Positions 40,781 to 49,942 of a stretch of DNA of 64,000 nt are shown here, piece by piece. The DNA is from an uncultured Verrucomicrobiae bacterium (lineage in GTDB: Bacteria; Verrucomicrobiota; Verrucomicrobiia; Limisphaerales; Palsa-1400). Position 1 is the stretch's first letter. The number at the start of each line of letters is the position of its first letter. A program made the position numbers and the translations under genes. The notes under the pieces are model-generated. The model made no database searches and was not told the DNA's origin. It saw nothing but the letters and a program-made list of their open reading frames with translations. Location: assembly GCA_963702845.1 (NCBI GenBank), contig OY969763.1:3040001-3104000 (forward strand), in the 5' to 3' direction.

Positions 40781-40968
40781 GAGATCAGAATACTTGCGCG
40801 AGACTCCAAATCAATCTTTGACGCAACCGCGAGCGCACATAGGTTTGCGTGGGATAAAAGGGAAAAGCGTTTGCGGCTGAACCGCCCTCGTTTCCAGCAT
40901 AAGTGTCTGGAGCGACTCACAGGATGCTCAATGCCGCAAACGCATTTTTTTTCAGGTGCGCGAACTCA

Positions 40969-40998
40969 CTTGGACAATGGATGTCCAGGTAGTAGGAT
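40969..40998 (+). promoter_or_regulatory. Palindromic operator TGGACA-N5-TGTCCA overlapping the WYL gene promoter
   Basis: TGGACA (40971-40976), ATGGA, TGTCCA (40982-40987); a -10-like TAGGAT at 40993-40998; ATG at 41007. Confidence 0.6.
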
Positions 40999-41006
40999 TG
41001 CGCGCG

Positions 41007-41999
41007 ATGAAGACCGCTTCAGGCAAAAACAATCCACTTTCGCGTGCGCCGTTGGAACGCATGCTGCGGATTCATCAGGCCCTTCAAGCTGCTGATTACC
41101 CGAACGCCAATAAACTGGCGGAATTGATCGAGGTCAGCGCCAAGTCCATTCATCGCGATTTGGAGTTCATGCGCGACCGACTCGGGTTGCCGCTCGCCTA
41201 CTGTTTTGATCACCGGGGATACTATTACACGCAGGAGGTCAGCAGCTTTCCCACGTTGCAGATCACCGAAGGCGAATTGTTTGCCCTGCTCGTCGCGGAA
41301 AAAGCGCTCCAGCAATATCGCGGAACAACATTTGAAAAACCGCTGGTGAGCGCGTTTCGCAAAATGTCGGCATCGTTACCCGACACGATTTCGCTGAGCG
41401 TCGCTGACTGGGAACAGACCATTTCCTTCCGCACGCGCGCCGAGCCCCTGCTTAATCTGGAAATTTTTGACGTGCTCGCAAAAGCCGCTGCACAACGCAA
41501 GCAACTGAAGTTGATTTATCGCAAACCCGGCCAGCGCGAAACCGAATCGCGCATCGTCGACCCATATCATCTGGCAAACATTAACGGTGAATGGTTCATG
41601 TTTGCCTGGTGTCACTTGCGCAAAGCCATTCGAACATTTGCTCCGGCACGAATCAAATCAGTTGAAGAAACCGGCAAAACGTTCGTGCGTCCGCTAAAGT
41701 TTTCACTCGATAAACGATTGCGCGATAGTTTCGGCGTTCGTTCGGGCAACGAACAATTCAAAGTCGTGATTCGTTTCAATGAAATCGTGGCCGACTACAT
41801 TCGCGAAAAAAAGTGGCATGATTCGCAGCAACTGAAGGAACTCGTTGACGGCGGGGTTGAACTGACCCTGACGCTGTCGAGCCTTGTCGAAGTAGAACGT
41901 TGGGTCCTGAGCTGGGCAGGCAACGCCAAGGTTATTCAACCGATCGCATTGCGCAAAACCGTCAAGGTCGCTGCGCAAAGGATCATCGACGCAGCTTAA
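41007..41999 (+). CDS. HTH-WYL-WCX transcriptional regulator (YafY/PafB/DriD-like)
   Basis: [31 protein letters not shown]...[16 protein letters not shown]...RI WYL domain; [18 protein letters not shown] domain. Confidence 0.92.
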   Translation: MKTASGKNNPLSRAPLERMLRIHQALQAADYPNANKLAELIEVSAKSIHRDLEFMRDRLGLPLAYCFDHRGYYYTQEVSSFPTLQITEGELFALLVAEKALQQYRGTTFEKPLVSAFRKMSASLPDTISLSVADWEQTISFRTRAEPLLNLEIFDVLAKAAAQRKQLKLIYRKPGQRETESRIVDPYHLANINGEWFMFAWCHLRKAIRTFAPARIKSVEETGKTFVRPLKFSLDKRLRDSFGVRSGNEQFKVVIRFNEIVADYIREKKWHDSQQLKELVDGGVELTLTLSSLVEVERWVLSWAGNAKVIQPIALRKTVKVAAQRIIDAA

Positions 42000-42349
42000 C
42001 CTCGATAGATGCATCGCGCCGTACACGTCTCGGCGACGACAACTTCCGTCAGCAGCGGTAGCTTTGGCTTGAGCTGTTTCCAAATCCAAATCGCTACGTT
42101 TTCACTGGTCGGATTTTCAAGGCCGGGGACTTCGTTCAAGTAGTAATGGTCGAGCTTTTCCCAGATCGGTTTGAACGCGTCGCTCATGTCGGCGTAGTCC
42201 ATGACCCATCCCAATTTCTCGTCGCAGGGGCCGTTGACGGCGATTTCGACTTTGAAACTGTGCCCGTGCAACCGACGACATTTATGCGCGACGGGCAGAT
42301 TTGGCAGGAGGTGTGCGGCTTCGAACTGAAATGTTTTTCTGAGTTCCAT
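41996..42349 (-). CDS. queD: 6-carboxy-5,6,7,8-tetrahydropterin synthase
   Basis: [32 protein letters not shown] motifs; ATG at 42349. Confidence 0.93.
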   Translation of the reverse strand: MELRKTFQFEAAHLLPNLPVAHKCRRLHGHSFKVEIAVNGPCDEKLGWVMDYADMSDAFKPIWEKLDHYYLNEVPGLENPTSENVAIWIWKQLKPKLPLLTEVVVAETCTARCIYRG

Positions 42350-42357
42350 GAGTAAGG

Positions 42358-43695
42358 TCAGTGTTGAGATTCGAGAGTGGTCCAGGTGATGAGGTCCGCC
42401 AGCGGCGACCGGCCGTCGTGCCGCCAGGTGAGCGGTGGACGTTGCATCTCGCCAAGTGGGCAGATTCGAGTCACGCCCCAATGGGCGAGTTGGACGGCCA
42501 GTTCATTCGTCTGCGAGGCAATTGCTGCAAGGCCCACGGTGGACACCTTGTCGCGAACCATCTCGGCCGCTTGCAAGGTTTGCGTCAGATCTGCCACTGG
42601 CTTGACGTAGACGAATCGGTTTAAGCACGACATTTGAAAGCGCGGATCACTCTCAAAAATCACCGTCCACGCCGTTGAATTTGAACTCGCCCACATTTGC
42701 GTTTCCGGCGAATGCGCGGCACGCACTTCGTAGAACGCGCGCCGTGTCGAGATTGCGGCTGCTTCGGCTGTGGTCAATTGTGCGCGTGGTTGATGTTCTT
42801 CGAGGGCGTCGAGTTCTTCGGACAATCGCTGCGCAAACAATTCAGGGGCAACCTTGCCACCGGATTCAACGTAGATAACGTGCGGCGACAGACATCCTTG
42901 TTGGTCCCAGGCCGCGACATCGTGAGCGGCGATTTTCGCCAAACCTTTCGTGTCGCGCACGAGCGCTTCACGTGTGATAAAACCAAAACTAACGCGCGTT
43001 CCGTAGCCGACGAATCGCGTTTTGACCGGAAGCTTGTTTCGGACCGCCTCGAGCGTCTCATCGCTGCCGGTTGCAGAAACACAATCAGCTTCGGCGAATG
43101 CAGCGGAATCTAAAATGTCGGTTCCACCTTTCCATTCCGCGATCTCGATGCACGCGCCAAGCTTTGCATCGGCTTCGTAAATCGAATGCGCGAACAAGCG
43201 CGGTATGAATGATTGGCCCGATGGACATTTGACGAACTGCGCCGACCTGACGAGTAAGCCAAGCGCCATATCCAACAGAATGGGATTTGGAATGCTCCCA
43301 GCGCCAACATGCATGAGCAATTGCGGGCCGCGCGCAAGCAAACCGTCGTGAAAGCCGTCAAGACGGTTGATGTCGCCGAGTTCTTGTTTTACAAGTGCTT
43401 CGAGGTTTTCTGCTGTGAGTTGTTTAAAAAATGAATCCAAGCCGTGCTGTAAAGTGCGTTGTGCAAATCCAGTTTTTGCCGGGCCTTGCTCCAGCATGTG
43501 CACGCGAAATAGTGAATCAGTATCCAGCCATTCGCGGCCAAGCGAGTCCAGCAATTGAATGATACTGCTCGTTGAACGTGATGTCAGATACTGCTGCCGA
43601 TTACGTCGCAACGTCTGACAGGCCTCCGTAATGAGCGTCGGCGTCAAAGAAGCTTCCGCAGGTAAATCGGCTAGAAAATAATTCGGAAGGTTCAT
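42358..43695 (-). CDS. LuxC-family acyl-CoA reductase
   Basis: [15 protein letters not shown], catalytic [11 protein letters not shown]-terminal [19 protein letters not shown]. Confidence 0.88.
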   Translation of the reverse strand: MNLPNYFLADLPAEASLTPTLITEACQTLRRNRQQYLTSRSTSSIIQLLDSLGREWLDTDSLFRVHMLEQGPAKTGFAQRTLQHGLDSFFKQLTAENLEALVKQELGDINRLDGFHDGLLARGPQLLMHVGAGSIPNPILLDMALGLLVRSAQFVKCPSGQSFIPRLFAHSIYEADAKLGACIEIAEWKGGTDILDSAAFAEADCVSATGSDETLEAVRNKLPVKTRFVGYGTRVSFGFITREALVRDTKGLAKIAAHDVAAWDQQGCLSPHVIYVESGGKVAPELFAQRLSEELDALEEHQPRAQLTTAEAAAISTRRAFYEVRAAHSPETQMWASSNSTAWTVIFESDPRFQMSCLNRFVYVKPVADLTQTLQAAEMVRDKVSTVGLAAIASQTNELAVQLAHWGVTRICPLGEMQRPPLTWRHDGRSPLADLITWTTLESQH

Positions 43696-43701
43696 TGCTG
43701 C

Positions 43702-44958
43702 TCAATGATTTTCAGCCGTTGTTACCGGCTGCGGAGTTTCGCGATGTTCGAACACGTCGTGATCGCGGCGCCGGATACCATGCAGGAAAGCGAGACCCGC
43801 AAGGGAGAGCAGGAGCATGACCGCGAGAATCGCATAAATGCTAAAATAATTTGCGACGTTACCAGCACCGACTCCGAGCATTTCCACCCAACGTCCAACA
43901 AACCAATGTGAGATGTTGCCGAGTAAACCACCAATGGTAATGAACAGCCCAAACACACGTCCGCGCACCGAGTCGTGCACTGCTTCCATCAAGGCTGCTT
44001 CCACAATGGGATAACTGGCCATGAAGAAAAATCCGTAAATACCAAGCGCAGGTGCCAGCCAATGTGAGTTGAGATGCGGGAAGATAAAGACTGTAAACGC
44101 CGCAATGCACAGGACGACGGCCGTCAGGCGGATACGCCCACGATCGCTCCAACTGCCGAAGATCGGGTTGCTGATCAACGACGCGAGATAAATACAACTG
44201 AGCGCGATACCGGTTTGCTTCGCGTCCATGCCATGCGCGCGTTGCAAAAACAATGAACCGAGACTCGCGACGCCCATACCCGAGAAATCGCGCAAGCAAA
44301 AGAAGAACGCCGCGCTGAGGAACAGGACCCAAAGCATAGGTGTCGCGAACAGCTTCTCATTTGATTTATTGATATCGTCTTGAAACTCGCGCGTCGGATG
44401 ATCGTGCGCGAGCCACATGAACGCAGCCGCCGCAATGAGCCCGAGAATGCCAAGTTCCAGGACGGGGGCACGCCAACCGGATATCCCGGCGCGCCATCCT
44501 GCATAAAACGGTGCGATAAAGAATCCGAAGCTTGCGCCCATTCCAGCAGTGCCGAGCGCTTTGCCGGTGGCTTCGGGATAGAGGCGTGCAATCAGCGATG
44601 TCGCCGCAGGATGATAAAAACTTCCACCGAAGCCCGCCAAAACAACGGACAGCAGCGCCATCGGCAACGAATTAGCGTAAGCCAAAGTAATGAAGCCGAG
44701 CGCATTGATCGTTAGCCCTATACCGAGCAGTTTCTTGCGACTGAATCGGTCGGCTAACATTCCCATCGGATAACTTGGGACAAAATAGGCAAAGCCCATG
44801 ACAGTAACGAGCAACGTAGCTTGCGCGTCGCCAGTTAAATGAAGGTCTTTTCGAATGAGCACGTAGAGCGGCAGCAACGCCACCTGGTAAATGTGCGTGA
44901 AAGCATGCAACGCGGTGCAAAGCAGTAACGTGCGTTTTCTGTGCAAATGATCGCTCAT
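43702..44958 (-). CDS. MFS transporter
   Basis: About 12 hydrophobic segments; GMLADRFSRK motif A; FYHPAA. Confidence 0.9.
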   Translation of the reverse strand: MSDHLHRKRTLLLCTALHAFTHIYQVALLPLYVLIRKDLHLTGDAQATLLVTVMGFAYFVPSYPMGMLADRFSRKKLLGIGLTINALGFITLAYANSLPMALLSVVLAGFGGSFYHPAATSLIARLYPEATGKALGTAGMGASFGFFIAPFYAGWRAGISGWRAPVLELGILGLIAAAAFMWLAHDHPTREFQDDINKSNEKLFATPMLWVLFLSAAFFFCLRDFSGMGVASLGSLFLQRAHGMDAKQTGIALSCIYLASLISNPIFGSWSDRGRIRLTAVVLCIAAFTVFIFPHLNSHWLAPALGIYGFFFMASYPIVEAALMEAVHDSVRGRVFGLFITIGGLLGNISHWFVGRWVEMLGVGAGNVANYFSIYAILAVMLLLSLAGLAFLHGIRRRDHDVFEHRETPQPVTTAENH

Positions 44959-44970
44959 CGAATCTTCACG

Positions 44971-46008
44971 TTAATGCATCGCTGGTTGCGTGGCCATCAA
45001 CGAACAGCCACGCGGTTCGGCTTCTACCGCGCGCCCGAGCAGCTCGAAACCGCCATCGCGCCGAATCGCGAGGTCTTCAGTTTGAATCGCGAGGACCGAA
45101 TAAACGTTGGCCAAATCAAAGATGCGGACAAGGCCAATGTCACGGACGGCAACTTCTTTTCCAGTCTCCGGCGAAATGATTTGCGCGCAAGCCCACGGTG
45201 GAAAACGAAAGACGCGATCTGGGTTATCGTAAGCTTGAGAGCTCAGTTCGCTCATTCCGTATTCAGAGATGATTTGTGAGGGCGCAATCCCGAACCGATC
45301 TTCGATCATCGCGAGTAATTCTGTTTTCGGCACGACGCGGCTGCGGCCTTTGTATCCGCCGGTTTCGAGCACGCGCGAGCCCGACGGCAATTTGAACCGA
45401 ATGTTTCGAGCGGCCATTTCATCCAGGAGATGGACGAAGCTGAATGCCGTTCCAACAACCGCAACCGGTTCACGCTGGCTACAGAACATTTCCAGCAAAG
45501 TCAGGGTTTTATCGGCATTCACAACCCATGCACGATCTTCAGCAATGGTTCCTGTAAATACCGTATCGTGAACGTCGGCAATCGTGCCGAACATATGGAC
45601 CAAAGAGGAATTCGGCACGGCGGATGCCGACGGCGTTAATGAGATAAACCTCAATTTCCTATCGCGCTCAAAAAACTTTTCGGAAAACCAACGCATTAAT
45701 GACGCTTCGTAAATCATCAGCGATTGGTCGGAATGAAAATGACGGCTTGGACGTTGTTCGGTCGTGCCGCTTGAATGGAAGACGCGCGTCCGCTCTTCAG
45801 GCGCGAGGCTGGTCAGTTCGAAATCCTTGAACGCACTTGTCGGGACCGATGGGATGGCGCACCAGTGCGCGGGCTTGGCATTGCGTAAGACACGTTCGCA
45901 AAGCTTACGATAGGCCGGCACGCTGTCGAACTGCAATTGAAATAACGCCAACGCGAGTTCGTTGAATCGATCAGGATCGTTCTTACCGGAATCAATAAAT
46001 GCCAGCAA
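44971..46008 (-). CDS. LuxE-family acyl-protein synthetase (true start may be ATG 46046 with an indel)
   Basis: FHSSGTT, ETGGYKGR, EYGMSELSSQ, IQTEDL, LLGR...EPRGCS with the C-terminal acyl-carrying Cys. Confidence 0.88.
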   Translation of the reverse strand: MLAFIDSGKNDPDRFNELALALFQLQFDSVPAYRKLCERVLRNAKPAHWCAIPSVPTSAFKDFELTSLAPEERTRVFHSSGTTEQRPSRHFHSDQSLMIYEASLMRWFSEKFFERDRKLRFISLTPSASAVPNSSLVHMFGTIADVHDTVFTGTIAEDRAWVVNADKTLTLLEMFCSQREPVAVVGTAFSFVHLLDEMAARNIRFKLPSGSRVLETGGYKGRSRVVPKTELLAMIEDRFGIAPSQIISEYGMSELSSQAYDNPDRVFRFPPWACAQIISPETGKEVAVRDIGLVRIFDLANVYSVLAIQTEDLAIRRDGGFELLGRAVEAEPRGCSLMATQPAMH

Positions 46009-46116
46009 CTCCCTGAAAAATCCCGAAGTGAATGAAATTGTTTCATGTGCGGTTTTGCGAACCCGGACTTTCCGGTTTCGGCTGGTTTTCCGCTACAGCC
46101 GCGACTGAAAATTATG

Positions 46117-46779
46117 TTACTTCGACGCCGTCGTAGCAGTCTTGGTGAGGGTCCAGTCGAATATGACCTTCACCTCATCACCGCACTTCATTAATCCCAA
46201 ACCGAAGCTCGGGGCCGGCGGCTTGACGCCGTAAGCGGTCATTTTGACGGGAGCGGATCCGGCGATCTTCAGTTTGTCTTTCTCCGGCACGTCGATCGTT
46301 ACGGGAAATGTAACTTTGTTCGTCACGCCCGCAATGGCGAGTTCACCGGATGCGTCGAACTCGAACGGCTTACCGGCGGCATGCGGTTCTTTGAACGTCA
46401 GTTCAGTAATATGACATTCAATCTTCTTGTTTTGAGGTTCTTTCAAAGACTCCTGCATCAAACCTTCCATAACCTGCGGCATCGCCTTCGCGTCGCTCTT
46501 GAGGGAGCGAACGGGAATGATCACTTGCGATTTGATCGCGAGTTTTTTGTCCTTGAGACCGGGAATGGTCGCTTGCGCGGTATCGAATTGGACGCCAGGC
46601 TCAAACTCGACAAAGCCGCCGATCAACGTGCCTTCCATTTCCCAATCGTGCGCAGTTGAAGTGCCTTCGATTCGCACTTTGTTCCCAGCCGGTTGAGATT
46701 GATAGCGATCCCCATCCGCAGCATGTAAACCGAGCGCGGACGTTAGTGCGATAGTCGTGAGTATTAGGCGTGTTTTCAT
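46117..46779 (-). CDS. YceI family periplasmic lipid/polyisoprenoid-binding protein
   Basis: Signal peptide; IEGTSTAHDW, GELAIAGVT, KMTAYGVKPP. Confidence 0.85.
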   Translation of the reverse strand: MKTRLILTTIALTSALGLHAADGDRYQSQPAGNKVRIEGTSTAHDWEMEGTLIGGFVEFEPGVQFDTAQATIPGLKDKKLAIKSQVIIPVRSLKSDAKAMPQVMEGLMQESLKEPQNKKIECHITELTFKEPHAAGKPFEFDASGELAIAGVTNKVTFPVTIDVPEKDKLKIAGSAPVKMTAYGVKPPAPSFGLGLMKCGDEVKVIFDWTLTKTATTASK

Positions 46780-46797
46780 TTGGTGCTTTGCTTGAAA

Positions 46798-48204
46798 TTA
46801 AACTTCGAACCATTCGTTCTCGAACTTGATCCGTGTGTTTTTCATCACGGCTTCATGTGTCTTAAGAGCGATGACGGTGGCGTCGAAACCGTCCTGCCAA
46901 GTGGCGGCGGGATGTTGTTTGAAAGCGCTATGTTTCGCCGCCTGCATCTGCTCGGCCATCGCTTTTTGATCGCTGTCACCGTAGAGCTGAACGAAGTCGT
47001 CAATGGCTGCATTAATTGCCACCGCGTTGATCATGAAATTTTCCAGGCAATAATGCAGAGCAGAAAACGGATACGCTGAATCCTCCGTCGCTTTGGTGCC
47101 GAGTGCTGCTTGCTTGGTCGCGTTGGCGACGAGTGCGACACCAGTTTCTTTATAGAACTGGTCCTTGCGCGCGTAGACTTCCCAACCGAGCAGCGGAGCG
47201 TCGACTTCCTTAAACATCCACGCCTTGTTTTCGCGCAGCATGATCGAAGCGTCGACACCGTAATACATCTCGTAATCAGCATCGAAGGAACTGGCGAGAG
47301 TCGCGTCGTACATGAACTTCGCGCCTTCGGGATATTCGAGCACAGCCTGCATCGTGTCAGGGATATCGCGACCATCGTTCCACAAGAGAATCGAGCCAAA
47401 ACCATTGACTGCGGTCGGACGCGTTTTCCAGAACCAGGTAACAGCGTCGAGTTGATGAATGCCGATTTCACCAGCGAGACCAGCGCTCGTTTCGCTATGC
47501 AGGCGCCAGTTCACGATCTTGTCGCGATCGGGATTGGACGACGGCCGTTGCCAGCTTTGTTTATTGTGCCATTGCGCGCGCGCCATGATCTGTTTACCAG
47601 AAGCGCCCGAGCGAATGAAGGGCAAAAGAAATTGGCGTTGCGGATGCGAGCGTTCCTGCAATCCGCTTTGGAAGTACCGAACTGAATCGCGAGCGGCGCG
47701 GGCAATCGCCTTGGCGTCCTCGACGGTATGGGCCAACGGCGCTTCGCAATAGACATGTTTGCCGGCCTTCAACGCAGCAATCGCGATGTCTTTGTGCAAA
47801 TGCGTCGGCGTTGCGACGATGACGGCGTGGATATCTTTGTTGGCCAGCAACTGGTTGTAATCCTCATATTGCTGCGCCTTGGGGGCCGCTTCGGAGTTAC
47901 GAGCGAGTGCGCGTTTATACGTGTCGCAAATGGCGATGACGTGCGGTCCGTTTTCTTCTTTCTGCTGAGGAAATTGTTGGAGCGCATCGAGAATGGCACG
48001 GCCTTGCACGCCCATACCGATGATGCCGAAATTGAGACGCGGAAGGTCAGGGATTTTTGTCAGTTCCGGTTCGGCGGGAGTAGCAGCGGCGTTCGCATCT
48101 TCTGCGCGAAGTTCGATGCCGCCCATCAATGCCATCAATGTCGCGACGGAAGTACCTTTCTTAAGGAAATCGCGGCGATTCAATTCAGATTCGTTTTTGT
48201 TCAT
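46798..48204 (-). CDS. Tat-exported Gfo/Idh/MocA oxidoreductase
   Basis: NRRDFLK Tat signal; GIIGMGVQG, IVATPTHLH, GKHVYCEAPLA, IHQLD. Confidence 0.9.
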   Translation of the reverse strand: MNKNESELNRRDFLKKGTSVATLMALMGGIELRAEDANAAATPAEPELTKIPDLPRLNFGIIGMGVQGRAILDALQQFPQQKEENGPHVIAICDTYKRALARNSEAAPKAQQYEDYNQLLANKDIHAVIVATPTHLHKDIAIAALKAGKHVYCEAPLAHTVEDAKAIARAARDSVRYFQSGLQERSHPQRQFLLPFIRSGASGKQIMARAQWHNKQSWQRPSSNPDRDKIVNWRLHSETSAGLAGEIGIHQLDAVTWFWKTRPTAVNGFGSILLWNDGRDIPDTMQAVLEYPEGAKFMYDATLASSFDADYEMYYGVDASIMLRENKAWMFKEVDAPLLGWEVYARKDQFYKETGVALVANATKQAALGTKATEDSAYPFSALHYCLENFMINAVAINAAIDDFVQLYGDSDQKAMAEQMQAAKHSAFKQHPAATWQDGFDATVIALKTHEAVMKNTRIKFENEWFEV

Positions 48205-48241
48205 GCGCCTCTCGTGTATATCGGACGTGCCAGCGAGACTA

Positions 48242-49729
48242 CTAATTCACAGCGGTGCTGAGCGCATCGCCGGAGGTCTTCGCCTTGGGTGATTTGAGTG
48301 ATTTTGCGGGTTTCGCTTTTACAGCTTTCGCAGCTTTAGGAGCGTTAGAGCCTTTGGAGCCCTTGGATGTTTTGGCCGTCTTATAGAAGTAACTACTTTC
48401 GCCGTTCATGATGCGGACATCGAACGGCGACAAATCGCGAACGCGCATGTTGCGATACGCCACAGGGCCGTGACCACCTTGCAAAATGAGCGGGCTTTTT
48501 TCGGCTGACGGAGAATCGGGAGCTTCGGTGCTAACCTCAGAGAGTGGTTGCTTGTCGTAAATCGGATGGTTATTTACCGTCACGCTGACCTTATCGCCGA
48601 TCAGGATGAGCTCGACGTTCTGCCAAACACCGGAAAGAGGAAGCGCAATCTTGTCCAGAACATCGTAACGACCGCGCAAAAGAATACTGCTCGAACCGTT
48701 GCCCGCTACCACATATTCGAAGCGCAGGACGAAGTCGGTATGAGGCTTCTCGGTGACAAGATCATTGATGGATTCGTTCGCATGCTCAATCAACATGCCG
48801 TTAGCAATGTGCCACGGACTTTCCTTTTCGAGATTGCGGACATTCCAATTTGCCAGATCAACACCGGTAAAGAGAGCTTGATAACCGTCGATCTTCTCGC
48901 GTTGCCGCAATTTCAAAGCGGCATTCTGAGGCACTGCGTCACCCTGCTCCAACCCGAGCGCCCAGCGAATTGCTCCCAAAACGTGGTCCTGGTAAGTCGG
49001 GCTGTCCCAAACTTCTTCGCGATGGCCAAGTGAGGTGTAGAACACTTTGCCTCGGCCGAATTGTTTGCACCATGCCACCGGATAATCACCGGGCGTTCCG
49101 TTGTTCGGGTGCTTGTTCAGCGTCAGCAAACCGTGCACTTGGTCACGATGGAAGTTTTGCAATTGGTAAATCTCGTCGAACACTTCGTACGTCGCGCCCA
49201 ACCGGCGGGTTGCCGGATGGCGGATGTCCTGGTTGACGCAAGTCACGCTAACTTGGGGTCCGTGCTGTAGGAATTCGCCGCCGATCATCTCGATAAAGGG
49301 CGAATATTTATGTAAAGTGTCCGTGGCCGAATGCATGCCGATGAAAGCATGGCCGGCTTTAACCCAGTTTATAAACGCGTCCTTATCGGGAATGGGAAGT
49401 TCGCCGGTCGTGTTCGCGAAAATCACGCCGTCATAGTCATTCAGCGCAGCGGGCGACATCAACTCGGCGAAGTCGTGACGCATCTTTTCCATCCATTTGT
49501 TTTCTTCAGCGGTGTCTTTTGGACGCGGACCGCTGCGAATGACGGCCACCACTTTATAAGCACCGCTTTGAGTCCCGAGTTTGTTCAGCACGCGTTCGGC
49601 GGTGATGACGGAACTATGTGGGAACCCTTCCGTAGCCGTGACGACCAGAACCCTTTTTGGTTCGGCGTGAGCGAACGAGCAAGCGAGCGACAACACGACA
49701 GTCAGCAAGAACGGACGCAACATTTTCAT
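48242..49729 (-). CDS. Secreted ThuA-like domain plus DUF1080 domain protein with Lys/Ala-rich tail
   Basis: GFPHSS, FANTTG, GMHSATD, DEIY, GKVFYTSLGH; then LFTGVDLANW...DFVLRFEY...PVAYRN; tail KAAKAVKAKPAK. Confidence 0.85.
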   Translation of the reverse strand: MKMLRPFLLTVVLSLACSFAHAEPKRVLVVTATEGFPHSSVITAERVLNKLGTQSGAYKVVAVIRSGPRPKDTAEENKWMEKMRHDFAELMSPAALNDYDGVIFANTTGELPIPDKDAFINWVKAGHAFIGMHSATDTLHKYSPFIEMIGGEFLQHGPQVSVTCVNQDIRHPATRRLGATYEVFDEIYQLQNFHRDQVHGLLTLNKHPNNGTPGDYPVAWCKQFGRGKVFYTSLGHREEVWDSPTYQDHVLGAIRWALGLEQGDAVPQNAALKLRQREKIDGYQALFTGVDLANWNVRNLEKESPWHIANGMLIEHANESINDLVTEKPHTDFVLRFEYVVAGNGSSSILLRGRYDVLDKIALPLSGVWQNVELILIGDKVSVTVNNHPIYDKQPLSEVSTEAPDSPSAEKSPLILQGGHGPVAYRNMRVRDLSPFDVRIMNGESSYFYKTAKTSKGSKGSNAPKAAKAVKAKPAKSLKSPKAKTSGDALSTAVN

Positions 49730-49894
49730 AAAAGGCTCAGCCGGACACATTGGTGTCGCGGTTTTTAATGATTCAGAGCTTTAGCCTCTGGTTCAAGTTT
49801 TTTCGGCGGTAAGTGGCAGGAAACAGGTAAGGTTTTGGAGGTCAGAAGCTGGACTTTCGCCTTACACGCGGCGCTTGCCTTTAGGGCGTACAGC

Positions 49895-49925
49895 AAAAGA
49901 GCCCTGGTAAATAAAACCAGGGCTC
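49895..49925 (-). terminator. Intrinsic terminator downstream of the DUF6600 gene
   Basis: Stem GAGCCCTGGT (49899-49908) / ACCAGGGCTC (49916-49925) followed by TTTT on the minus strand. Confidence 0.75.
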
Positions 49926-49942
49926 GTGCAAAACTGTTTAGC

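Noticed and set aside
40274..41095. 273-aa plus-strand ORF between cca and the WYL gene
   Set aside because: Antisense shadow of the GNAT gene plus intergenic sequence; no motifs.
42358..46008. Bioluminescence (lux) operon
   Set aside because: No luxA/luxB luciferase or luxD in the window; only the reductase and synthetase homologs are present.
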